From contig JASANG010003130.1 in assembly GCA_030248215.1 (NCBI GenBank), positions 434,001 to 498,000 of the forward strand: a stretch of DNA of 64,000 nucleotides. Reading direction: 5' to 3'. How positions within the stretch are numbered: the stretch's first letter is position 1; each line of letters opens with the position of its first letter. Below are positions 53,060-64,000 of this stretch, piece after piece. Origin of the DNA: Enoplolaimus lenunculus (lineage: Eukaryota). The notes beneath the pieces were generated by a model, which was not told the DNA's origin, did not search any database, and saw only the letters and a list, made by a program, of their open reading frames with translations. Both the position numbers and the translations under genes were made by a program.

Positions 53060-53375
53060 AGATCCTTAACTGTGACTGCTTCGGGCCACTTCCATAATAA
53101 AAGTAAATATACATTTCCCAAATTCCTTTTTGGCATCTTCACCAAATCAACCTCAACATGATCCCATGTTTTTGTTTACGGTAGTGGATACTTACAGTGG
53201 CATGTTTTTACTTTGTCCAAGCTATCCGATTTAACTCTTTGGCACATTTCACATGAGCGGATGTATTCCGTCACATCTTTTTGTAATCCGTCCCAAGAAT
53301 AAACTTGTTCATTCGTGTAAATTGTTTTATCACACCCTAATGGCCTATGCGGTTATGATAATCGTTTAGAATTCT
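53060..53375 (-). pseudogene. Decayed Gypsy/Ginger-type integrase fragment (H2C2 zinc finger and start of the catalytic core)
   Basis: Frameshifted translation: LNDYHNRIGH / GCDKTIYTNEQVYSWDGLQKDVTEYIRSCEMCQRVK / TWDHVEVDLVKMPKRNLGNVYLL / KWPEAVTVKD. This matches the usual integrase zinc-finger and rve motifs. Confidence 0.8.
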
Positions 53376-53561
53376 TTGGTCTGAATGTTTTACGCACTGC
53401 TTGAGCGGAAAAAAGCACTCGAGAAAAAATATTTTTATTAACGATCAGCAATATATAACTTAACAAATAACAGTGTAATATTCCAAGCCTAAGCCTGAGA
53501 GTGAGAGTAAGAATAAGCCTAGCTAGACCTATGTTTTATATAACTAAATTTCAAACTATTG

Positions 53562-56500
53562 TCACTTAATAGCAACGTTTCTCAATGTAGGCGCAACTAT
53601 TGTGCCACCGTCTCTGTGAATTGTTAGCGCTTTATTTCTAAACACAGCAACACCATCAGCGTTAACTTTCATGTCAGGTGCAACAGATTCCCAAATTTTC
53701 TTCTTTGGATTTAACACCGGATCAGGTTCTCCTAAATATAAAACAAATATAGTACAGAAGATAAACAAAATGTAGTATCCAGACTAAATCCTGACAAATC
53801 AACATCTCAATTTTATCTGCTATTCTATCGTATGAATTAAATATTAAATTAATGTAAAATATCCGATAATAGTTTAATGTTAAACGAAGAATTATGAAGT
53901 TATTGCTGTAATAACAATAATAAATTACAATACTTAATTGACACCTAATGTATATCTGCCATTCTTTTGTATTAATTGAAATAAAATATAAGACAACTAT
54001 TTAGTACTTCAATTTCTAGACTAAAATTAAGTACCTACATCATCTTTAAGTTGTTTATAATTCTAACCAGTCGTATCGGCACTACATTTATTGAGCGAAG
54101 CTCGAACACACGCAAGCAATTAAGGTAATATGCAAATTAGTTGTTAGCTAACTATTCATTTGGCACTTTTGGAGGTTTCTGAGCAATTTCCTCAGATTCC
54201 TCGCACCCAAAAACCCTTCAGCCACCCTAATAATTTTTGGAATAATTTAAAAATCCTAATTTTGTCTTGTCAATTAAGCTAATATGCAAATTAGCTATTA
54301 GCTAACTATTCAATTATCGGTTTTGGATGTTTTTAAGCTATTTATTCAAATTCCTCTCACCTAAAAACCCTTTAGTGCTGAAATTATATTGCTTTTAACC
54401 TTAATAATTAGCTAAATATTGTAAAAAGTCCTAATTTATGCTTATAAACTATGCTAATATGCAAATTATCTATTAGCTAGCTGCTCAAGTATCGGTTTTG
54501 GAGGTTTGTAAACAGTCTACGCAGATTTCTCGCACCCAAAAACCCTATAATGCTAAAATTAGATTGCTTCTAACTGTAATAATTAGTGAAATATTGTGGA
54601 AAGTCCTAATTTAGGCTTAATTAATTATGCAAATTAGCCTGTAGCTAATAAACGGCTTAAAATTTTAAAACCCCAATGCGAGGTTAACACAACCCAGAAT
54701 AAGTGGCTTTCAAACAAATAAAAGTTTATTAAAATCGGTTCAGCCGTTCCTGAGATTCTTTTCGGACGGACAGACGGACGGACGGACATCCACCTTTTGA
54801 CCATCAAGTACAAAACATAAAACGCTTCGCGAAACTCCGAGCTTCGCTCAAAAAGTGACACCCATTAAAATCCCCAAAATAATAGGTAATTCGCTCAATT
54901 ATTGCTGTAGCAAAGTTCCAGTGTTTTACAATGATAGTCATGACTTAAAAACGCATCACTATTGCATACGTTTGTACCAAACATAATAATAAATTATTGT
55001 TAAACTGTTTTCAAAGTATCCAAAACCCTAACCTTCATAACCTGGAACACAAACACGATCTCCAGGTACGCAACCAGCTGGAGGCGTAAGGATTTCAACC
55101 TTTTCAGGAGTCGATGCACACATTACCATAGCTTGCGATTCAACGCCTCGCATTTTAGCCGGTTTTAAATTGCACAACAGCATCACTGTTCGATTCTGCA
55201 TCTAAAACAATTCAGAACTGAACCCAGGAAAAGACATATTATTTATCATTTTTCGAAAATTCAATGCGAAACCAGAGGCTATTTTGTCACAGAATCTTTC
55301 ATAACAAAAAGATTTAGTATGATATGCATACTTTGACATTAAGAAAACTGATCGGAACCAAATTTGTTTTAACAGAGACGTAGTATTCCTTATGAAAATG
55401 TTTTACTTTTGCTGATTTAGTTTGCACAAATGTTAAGCCACTAAAATGCCGACAGAATTTCCATCCAAACTTGCACAACTGCTAATTTAAGACCAATTAT
55501 ACTAAACATAAAAACTTTATTTTCATTTCAATAAATTTTAATGCCTAAACTAGCAAAAAATAACCCTCTGAACACAAAACTACAGCCGCTAAATTGATTA
55601 AGCTACATTTCTTACCTCAGCTTCAGGAATATGATTTACAAGTCCAGACACTACTGTCCTAGGTGTTTCTTCTCCAACGTCTACTTCTTCAATGTACAAG
55701 CTGTCTGCGTCTGGATGTCTCCATGCTTTCTTGATGCGACCGATTCTTAAATCAAGCCTTCGTATATCGACAGGGTTACTTGACTCCTCATTAGACGCTG
55801 AAGCTGCTTTCGTTTTCACGGATTTGGCTTGCTTAGCATCTGAAACAACGATTCAGTAAGACTTGACACAATACCAGAACGTATCATCCCGGTTCTTAGC
55901 AAACGGCGTAAGTGAGAGCCACCAAATTTTTAGAAAACGCTGTGTAAAGTTTAAAAGACTTTTACAAAGCTTTGTTCTCGAACGTCTGATACATGTTTTT
56001 ATATTTTAAACATGTGTAAAACACAACTACAATGTTTTTTGTGATGAATATGTTAAGTACACTACGTCAGATACGTACAAAAACTTGTTTAAAATTACCA
56101 TCCAAAATAACCGTGATATGAGTACAGAAAAATTAATGTTATTCAAACTCACCTGATTTTGTTTTAGTTTTGGTATGAACTTCTTCGTCAATTTTGTCTA
56201 CGATTCTAGTTTCGCTCGACTTTTCAGAAGTGTCACCCTTATTTTCACTGATGCCGGTGGCAGACGGAAATTTTCGGCTGAATTCCGGAACAGAAATTTG
56301 TTGAACTTCAAAAAAGCAAGCAACCATTTAGTAAAATAACTAATAATTGATGTTATTACTTACGGATATAATGAAACAGAAAAAAGTTTGCGCAATCGGC
56401 AAAATGGTCGCTTAAAACATAATTAGAATTTAACAAATGCTGGCTAAAACAATAACGCCAGAATATTATTGATTACTAGAATATTGAATTTCCGATGACT

Positions 56501-57729
56501 ACATGTATTATCGTTTTTCTATGCTCACCCCCGCGTGCGGTTTCCATTTTAACCAATTTCGCTTTCGCTGTTGCTATTTCTTTCCGCAACTTTTCATTGT
56601 CGTTTATCAATCGTTGCTCCTCTTCGAGCGCTGCAATTATTTAGACAGTTTTAAGACCAACGTAGTACGCATACTCAAACACCGTTGTTTTGTTCAATGT
56701 AAATTGACACATTGTGTTCAGCAAATTGGGCAAATCGTCATTTGCGATTAAAAGGCCATGTTGATTTTGCGGCTTAGTTCAAATGAAGAGACTCGGGCGG
56801 ACGAACATTTCTACAATAATCTACATACAGAAAATGTAAAAGTGTTCTTAAACACTAAAAGACAAATCTAAATACGCTAAATATTTAACGCAGAACATAC
56901 CGATATCTAGCAAAAATGAATCAATACGTTAACCATTGCTGCCATTATACTCAATATAACTTTCAAAAAAATAAAATATAGATATTCGACAAACTAAATA
57001 ATACAATTTAATTTGGTATGTCATACCACTAACCTTGGCGTTCGCACAAATGTTCCACACGTGTTTCTAGTGTTGAAACCAGCGTTTCTAAATGACACAA
57101 ACTTGAATCAAGTACACTAGTTGCATTGCTATCTTGAATTCGCGTGAGAAGTTGAACAATTTCTGATAATTCGGCATCGACAAAACGTTCACTTTCGGCT
57201 CGGTTCCTGATTGAAGTTGACTATAACAATAAAAGCAAAAACACTAATTTACTGGTCCAACTCTTAAATAATCAGGAAACGGCGGTATGCGGAGCGGATA
57301 AGCATGACTTGTTATTAAATGATCTCAATTTTTATACTCTGGTTATGCAAATTTTTACAACGACTTTGACTAGTAAGCATTAAACAACAATTATCGCGTA
57401 GTTCAACCTCATGTTTGAGGAATGACACAACTTTAGATAGGATATCTCGCTCTACAATAGATCTTCACGACCATTGCTTTACCTGAGTCAAAACCAAACC
57501 ACCAATAAACTTTTTTAGATACAAACGAGCCGTTTTCCAGCAAAAATATGTTAACTACAAGAACAAAAACAAGCTAAATAGCTCAATCACATAATAGTTA
57601 TATGTACATTTGAAATAGGCACAGTTGTTACACTGTTAACGTTCTGCTTGTCTATCTTTTTCATCGCATTATGTTCTGTACTGCCAGGACTAGCTTTGAT
57701 TTCATTGTTACTGACGGTCATTGGGTTTC
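53562..57729 (-). CDS. AIMP1: AIMP1/p43-like module (N-terminal coiled coil plus EMAPII OB-fold tRNA-binding domain); either the C-terminal part of MetRS or a separate downstream gene
   Basis: Exons: 57729-57608, optional 57554-57483, 57220-57034, 56630-56529 ([33 protein letters not shown]), 56305-56153 (VQQISVP), 55839-55616 ([33 protein letters not shown]...RTVVSGLV), 55201-55033 ([22 protein letters not shown]) and 53731-53562 ([14 protein letters not shown]). All introns are GT-AG and phase-consistent. Confidence 0.9.
54065..54854 (-). mobile_element. HINE/DINE-1-like element, second copy, in the last intron of the AIMP1 module
   Basis: Reverse-complement homolog of 32941-33917 with the same subTIRs, a GGACGGACAGACGGAC microsatellite and fewer internal units. 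Confidence 0.8.
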
Positions 57730-58286
57730 CTAGAAAACAAATAAAAGAAATGCCAGATTCACTTTCGCTTCTTTGTCTAATAATCCAGCTAAGCTAATTT
57801 GTTATTGAAATCTGCTTCGCAAAATGTCAACTCAGCTACTGTCACGCCCGTTGATAAATAGTAAGCTGATACAAACCAACTATAAAGTTTACAAAAAACA
57901 ATTTCAAAACTTTTGTAATATACGATTAAGTTTTCTTAAACTTATGCAACTTCCAAAATATCATCCGTACGCGCACCGAGTGACTTTTGATTGGTTAGTA
58001 TGATGGTCACTGAAGCATTTTGGCTTTAATCTGCAGCACAATGATGCTTTTTGGCTTCAGCGTGCTGTCTACTGAATCCAAAAACGTCAGCGTCTCAAAA
58101 GTCAGCTAGCGTACGCATGATTATAAAACTACCGATACAAAGAAAGTTAAGACGCCATTTAACAACATTTCATTGTAGTATGAATACACTAGGCAGTCAC
58201 AGTTTGAATTACGAGAAAAAATAAAACTCAGAGGTAAAAATTTCACGTCAGCTTTAACCATATTTCACATGAACCGAAACCCAAAA

Positions 58287-61200
58287 TCATAAAACACCTT
58301 TGTCTGAAGTCTTCTTTTTGTGCTTTCCAGACGACGCCTTGGCTATAGGCGTCCCTGTTGCTTGGGCCAATTTTGTTTTTAGAGCTAACAATTTAGCAAC
58401 TTCGACGTCTATTGTCGCTTTATCTGCCTTTGCTGCCTTCAGGTCTCTAACTTTGTTGCCCTGCAAAATAAATGCTGTGTAGGATTTACACATTTCAAAT
58501 ACTTGAGTAAAAAATTTCCGCGATATATCAACGATTAGTGCAACGCGAGGCTCCTTTATACGTTTGAAACTTGACTTTGAAGACACTATGTGGCAAAAGA
58601 TTACATCTGTATTAGCACCCGAATTTTGTTCTTAGGCACGCGTGTTATGAATAAATATGGCCCATGTTAATTACAGGGTCTGCCCACTGAGAAACTTTCA
58701 GACTGGAATGCCTAAGCCTAGGTTATGTTTAACCTTATGCTTTGGCGTTAGGCTTGGTTTAGGCGCAGGTCTTTTGACTTAGCGGGCAGGCCCTCATAAC
58801 TAACATACGCCAAAAATCGTTACCTGCTGAGCAAGTTCTTCCTCAATTTTCTTGATATCACCGGCCGATATCTAAAAATTGCACCAACACATCTTATGCT
58901 TAACGTATCTGAACGGTCATCTTGTTTTAAAACAGTCGTTTTAGTCCGCGTTTAAGATTTTAACTGAGTCAAGCGGACAAATTTAACGGTTTGAAGCATG
59001 ATATAGTTATTAATTTAATCAACCAAAACTGAATGAAGACCATTAAGATGCTATTTAGGATTCCCAAAAATCCACTGAAGGGTTAAAAAATTTGCATTCT
59101 GAAAAATACCGACGTTCAGCAGTGCAGAAACTACTGAAAAAGACCCAATCACAACTTGTGCTAACACTCTTTAAACAAATCGGTCATATTACTTGAAATA
59201 CTTTTAGCATTTGATCGCAATCCTCATAACAAAAATTAAGTGAAACGCATTGACCTCAACATTTCCATCAGTCCCAGCGAATTTAGCTTTCAACTTCTCC
59301 ACCCGATCGGCTTCAAGTTTTTGAAACAAAGGGCTCGGCTGGAATTAAATTAACAAGTTATGTGCATATAGTTGCTGTTGCATTGCAACTTACAGATACT
59401 TATCCAGGTGCATCAGAAACCTTTTGTACAATGGTACTTTCAAACATTAGACATTTTACCATCTTTTTGTAAAGTATCAGCGGAAGACGAAGAGTAATGT
59501 CCACGTGGCATCTGAGCTAAGTTTTTGCTCGGGCCCATTACAAATTGTTGAGCTACAGAAAACACTTTGACCTCTATTTTCTGATTTTGAGAACGCGCCA
59601 CTGGCTATGACCTCGTTAGCATATATTACTACTTCGCTTCTGACAGTTGGCATGCGTTTAATAAACATTTCCGCCAACACCCAAACGATATACAAATTTC
59701 ATTTTAACCGTTCAGTACTCGGTGCAGTCAAAATTATTCTGCTAATTTCCATCGTTGTCATACAAAACACACAGACAAAAATTCATACTTGCACAAGGTT
59801 TACTTACCTCTCCAATAATATGACCCGGTTTCAAGTACTGGATTATGCTAGTTTGACGCAATGTGTTAACAAATTTCGGTGCATTTAGCTGCCGTTGAAT
59901 TGTAACACTTGTCTCAGGCATATACGGTCGTAGCAGTACAGATAGAAAACAAGAAATGTTCACTCCGAGGCCAATCACGGACGCGGCAATCCGCCTAAAA
60001 ACAACATATCAAGTCAGCCGTGACAGAGCAGCGTTAGTACTTTGTACTCTGAAATGTGCGTAGCACCTATCAATACTGTATTGACCCGAATAAGAGGGGG
60101 GGGGGCTGATATTTATTTGGCCTCTCCAGAGTGTACCCCCGTTGTTATTCGGTTACGGACTGTTATTTATTTTTAACCCACGCTCCGCCGCCCTTCGTTA
60201 CTGATATATATCCGTTACTGCAAGTATCCGTTGAAATAAACGTTTATTTGTCTTGTGCCAATAGCTTGACCGATAATACAAGGGTACTTAGGAATGTACT
60301 TTCAAAATTTAAGTACGCTTTAAAGTTTCGAACTCAAATTATTTGCTCCTGGAGTCATTTATGCGCAACAATTAGGGTTAATTGACATTTATGGACTATA
60401 ATTAGGGTTTAGGGACTATATCCGCTTACGGACTCTTATTAGGGATACGGAGTCTTATTGATTCGGACCCAAAATGGGGACCCCCTCTTATTAGGATCAA
60501 TACAGTAGGTGGTTATAGAACAGTGTTGGTTCTAAACCGCTCAAAAAGCCAATACTATAACAAATCTTATTAAGTACGCATTACTGAACTTTATTTCATG
60601 TCTGAAAATTCGGATCCCCGACTATGGCAGGTCAATTTATGAGGATGCAATACTAACTGGTAATAGGTAGAAAGCATTGTTAACAATACGGCTGTCTACA
60701 ACATTTTCCTACAAAAAACTTTCACTTTTTTGCATCATCCGTCAGAAACGTTACTAAATTTTATTTTAAGTGTTGACTAACTGCTTATTCATTGGCCGTA
60801 AGCAGTCATATAGTCAAATCGATAATGTATTCAACTTTAGCTTACGTTTTTAAGATCGCGGTATACAAAACACAATGAGCAGCACCACACAGGACGCAAT
60901 CTGCAGCCATACTACCGTAAACAAATGTTTATTTTTATCTGGATCCAAAATTACATTTCAAGTTATACACTACAACATCAGCTGTCAGAATAAAGTTTGT
61001 ACAATTTCCCAGATGCATAATTATTCCCATTTTACAAATATTCTTGTAAGTGAAAATTAGCTGCTATGATATCATTTCAACTATTTATACTACACAGGAA
61101 TTCTGAACAAAAAAGGAAAGGCAGAAGAAAATAAAACTCACTTTGCTCCAGCATCTCCTTTGACCTTAACCCACGGCTCATTAGATTGAATGTATTGATT

Positions 61201-63128
61201 CCCAAGACGCGAAATATTCAAAATATTACGCATTGCGTCACGTAATCTAAGATTAAAATAACGAAAAAATACAGGGACCGTAAAAGGCTCTAAATTTCAA
61301 CTAAACATTTATCATTGAACCAATTTGTATCGTGATAGAAAACTGGAACAGCAACCTTGTTTCCTAACAGACCTTAATTAAAAAACTATCTTTGATATTA
61401 TTACAATTTGATCAAAACCAAAATTCCAGTGATGCAAAGACTGAAATGAGTACGTTAAACCCGCCTTTCTAAATTACAAAACAACTATAGGTATTATAAT
61501 AGCAGATAACTGCAAGACTTTACTTGATACTTTCCAACAGTTCAATATATTCCGTATACTCGCGGTTGATTTCAGTCAAAAGCTGCTTATCACCTTTGGT
61601 CAGCTGAATTTCAGGCACTGTATGATTGAAAAACTTCGCACAAAACGACAAAGCTCTGAAAACCATACTTTAGAGTTTAATTTAATTGTGTGTATGCTGC
61701 TGGATTTTTCACGGTGTGCTAGCTTTATTAAACAAATATTTCAGCTGGTTTCTGATCGAAATAAACACATAATAGAAAAAATTATATTCATCGTCAAAAA
61801 ATTTTCATGTTCGTTTTAAGAGTAAGAAGAATTGTAATATTGACGATTTCTTATTTTGATTAAATTGTACATGAACGCGGCAATGTACACTCGCAAAGAA
61901 AGCAGTCAACTTTATATTATTCCTACACATATCACTATCGGTGCGCAGAAAGTGTTGCTTGTCTGCAGGAGATTGGCCATAACATATTGAACATCTGCTA
62001 GGCCTACCATTAGAAAGAATGCGAGAAATGTCAACGCTTTAGCATTCTTAATATATTGTAGACCTCAAATAGCGAAGTACAAATACAAAACATGCGCAGC
62101 AAACTACAGTTTACCTCACCTGTTAACAAAATTTCCTAGATTATTTAACAACTCTGAGTTAATTTTCAACGCAAAATCATCCCAATTGAACGATGAATCC
62201 TTAAAAACAACGATAAACGCTTAACAAATATAATGAAAATTAATAATATATTTTCCAGAGACCAAATATTACCCATCAAACAAATCTGTGCGGATATGTG
62301 TACCATAAACTTCAATACTGAATGGCATGCATACTGCAAAACATACAAAATGTTAATGTCTCGTGGTGCCAGACTGTAAGCTCATATGTGGTGCAGTGGC
62401 TAATGTGAGGAACTGACAATCAAATCTAACAATAACTTAAACTCTTTACACTATTCAGCTCTTACGTGCTGTTCCGTGTCAAGTATAGGGGTCTGCCTGC
62501 TGGGAGACAAAAGAAATAGGGGAGTTGGAGACTTGGAAGCTTATGCTTAGGCTTATGTTAAGCCTTAAGCTTAGGTATAAATTAAGTCTAGGCTTATGCC
62601 TAGTATGCACTATGCATGTACTTACAGTTTACATGGGCCATGTTTTAGACATACTTGACTTTCTGGACGAATGTACAGCAAATAAAATCGCCAATAATCA
62701 ACAGGTATTCCTGTCTCACGTGCATGATCACCAAACACACCAACACCACGACTTTTCGAAAACTTTTTGTCTTCATAATTCAAATACTCTAAAATAAAAC
62801 TAATATATCTGCTGTTCCACATAACATCGTTAACATAAAACACCAACATCACAGTTACCTCAAATCACTTGATGCATCTACTTCTTTCAGCGACAAATGT
62901 GCCAAAAATATTGCAGACTTGACTACAAAAATTATCCAACTAGCAGCAGCACAACATAAACAATGTAGTTACGATTGCGATCATGGATTATAAATTCAGT
63001 TAAAACAAACCGGTAGCAGATATGGCTTTTACAATCGTATATGAATCGTGTGCTCCAATACACGACGCCGGAAATATAACGCTATGAAACGGCACGTTGT
63101 CTTTGCCGACGAAGTGATACAATTCTAC
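58287..63128 (-). CDS. MARS1: Cytosolic methionyl-tRNA synthetase, 3' portion: KMSKS region, anticodon-binding domain and WHEP domain (5' exons lie beyond the window)
   Basis: Phase-consistent exons: 63128-63011 ([20 protein letters not shown]), 62788-62655 ([21 protein letters not shown]...[13 protein letters not shown]), 62199-62120 (DSSFNWDDF...[12 protein letters not shown]), 61655-61524, 61246-61142 ([12 protein letters not shown]), 59994-59808 (LLRPYMPE...LKPGHIIGE), 59338-59255 (PSPLFQKLE), 58871-58824 and 58460-58298 ([34 protein letters not shown]). Read-through of the last donor gives a stop at 58287-58289. Confidence 0.95.
60076..60505 (+). mobile_element. MITE family B, in a MetRS intron
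   Basis: TA|CTGTATTGACCCGAATAAG ... GATCAATACAG|TA; highly similar to 40411-40857. Confidence 0.85.
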
Positions 63129-64000
63129 CTAAACAAAACAAACAAGCATGCATCCATAAAAAGAGTGGAACACCAGCCTGTCTCTAGTAAACGGATTCAC
63201 GTAAAGCGTAGTACCGGTGACCAGTTCCAAAACTGTCAGAATAAAATATGGAAAGGGTTTGAATTGTCTTCTATCATTAGTACGCCAACCGCCGGTCCGG
63301 GGAAAATGGCGTCATACGGCTTGTTGTTGCGTTGTTGTCTATCATTAATTAAGCATGCTTACATTTTCCGGATTATGCCACCATTGTCTCCATTCAGTTG
63401 TATAGTTGGCAGTAATTGAAATATAACCTATAGGAGCGTCGAACCAGACGTAAAATACCTAAATAAAACAACTTATAATGACAATACAATACTGTTTGAA
63501 ATTAAATATTCATACGACGCAGCAAATCGTTTTCCATAAAGTCCAACTTTTGCTTCCCAAAATTTCACCAAGACATATCCAAAACAGAGCTACAAAGCAC
63601 TATCTGTTTACAAAATACGAAATTTCTTCATTATAATTTATTTATGACTTATTCAATTTAAACTTGGCTGAGATCTCTTCTGCCATTGTTCAGTGAAACT
63701 GCATCGAGTACCGTCCGTTCATCAAGTAAGCCAAGTGCAAACAATAGTTTGAAAGGGATGACAGATACTAAGTACGATGAAAACCCAACTTTATTTCAGC
63801 TTCTGAAGATTTCTTTTTTGACCTCGGCGCAAAATTATCCGAACAGTACAGGGGGCTCCGGTACCGAGTCAAACGTATAACACCTATATATAGTTCGTAA
63901 AATACCAATACTCGCATACTTTAAAACAAACATTCACAACCGGTCACAACAGACAATAAAATCCGATTGTAGCGTCCAAACAAAAATTCAAAGTCCACAA

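Noticed and set aside
57264..57305. [16 protein letters not shown] as a mitochondrial-targeting start for p43
   Set aside because: Ends in TAA after 13 codons, and no donor joins it in frame to the next exon.
59477..59695. Intronic ORF or snoRNA in a MetRS intron
   Set aside because: No convincing C/D or H/ACA boxes with terminal stems, and no protein similarity.

Overview
AT-rich eukaryotic genomic DNA, most likely from a nematode (inferred from TTAGGC telomere-type repeats, TTTTCAG splice acceptors and a MetRS/EMAPII linkage as in C. elegans). The first ~27 kb has no identifiable gene and is filled with non-autonomous transposons (Merlin-like, piggyBac-like, PIF/Harbinger-like, Tc1/mariner-like, CACTA/EnSpm-like) and satellites. 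Supported genes: (1) a 3-exon Shab/Kv2-related voltage-gated K+ channel with a non-canonical S6 gate (27681-30669, +); (2) a 590-aa orphan ORF (34600-36372, -); (3) an allatostatin-B/MIP (Wamide, nlp-38-like) neuropeptide precursor with 9 W(X6)W-amide copies (38074-38742, -); (4) the 3' part of cytosolic methionyl-tRNA synthetase with a WHEP domain, followed on the same strand by a complete AIMP1/p43-like module (53562-63128, -). The most notable observation is that the splice signals of locus (4) allow both separate MetRS and p43 products and an in-frame MetRS-WHEP-p43 fusion. That would be an intermediate between the vertebrate (separate) and C. elegans (fused) architectures. Also present: two Helentron/DINE-1-like elements, a decayed Gypsy-type integrase, a tRNA pseudogene and a candidate 59-aa single-pass micropeptide gene. 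All exon models were assembled by hand from GT-AG sites and reading-frame phase; none is confirmed by transcript data.
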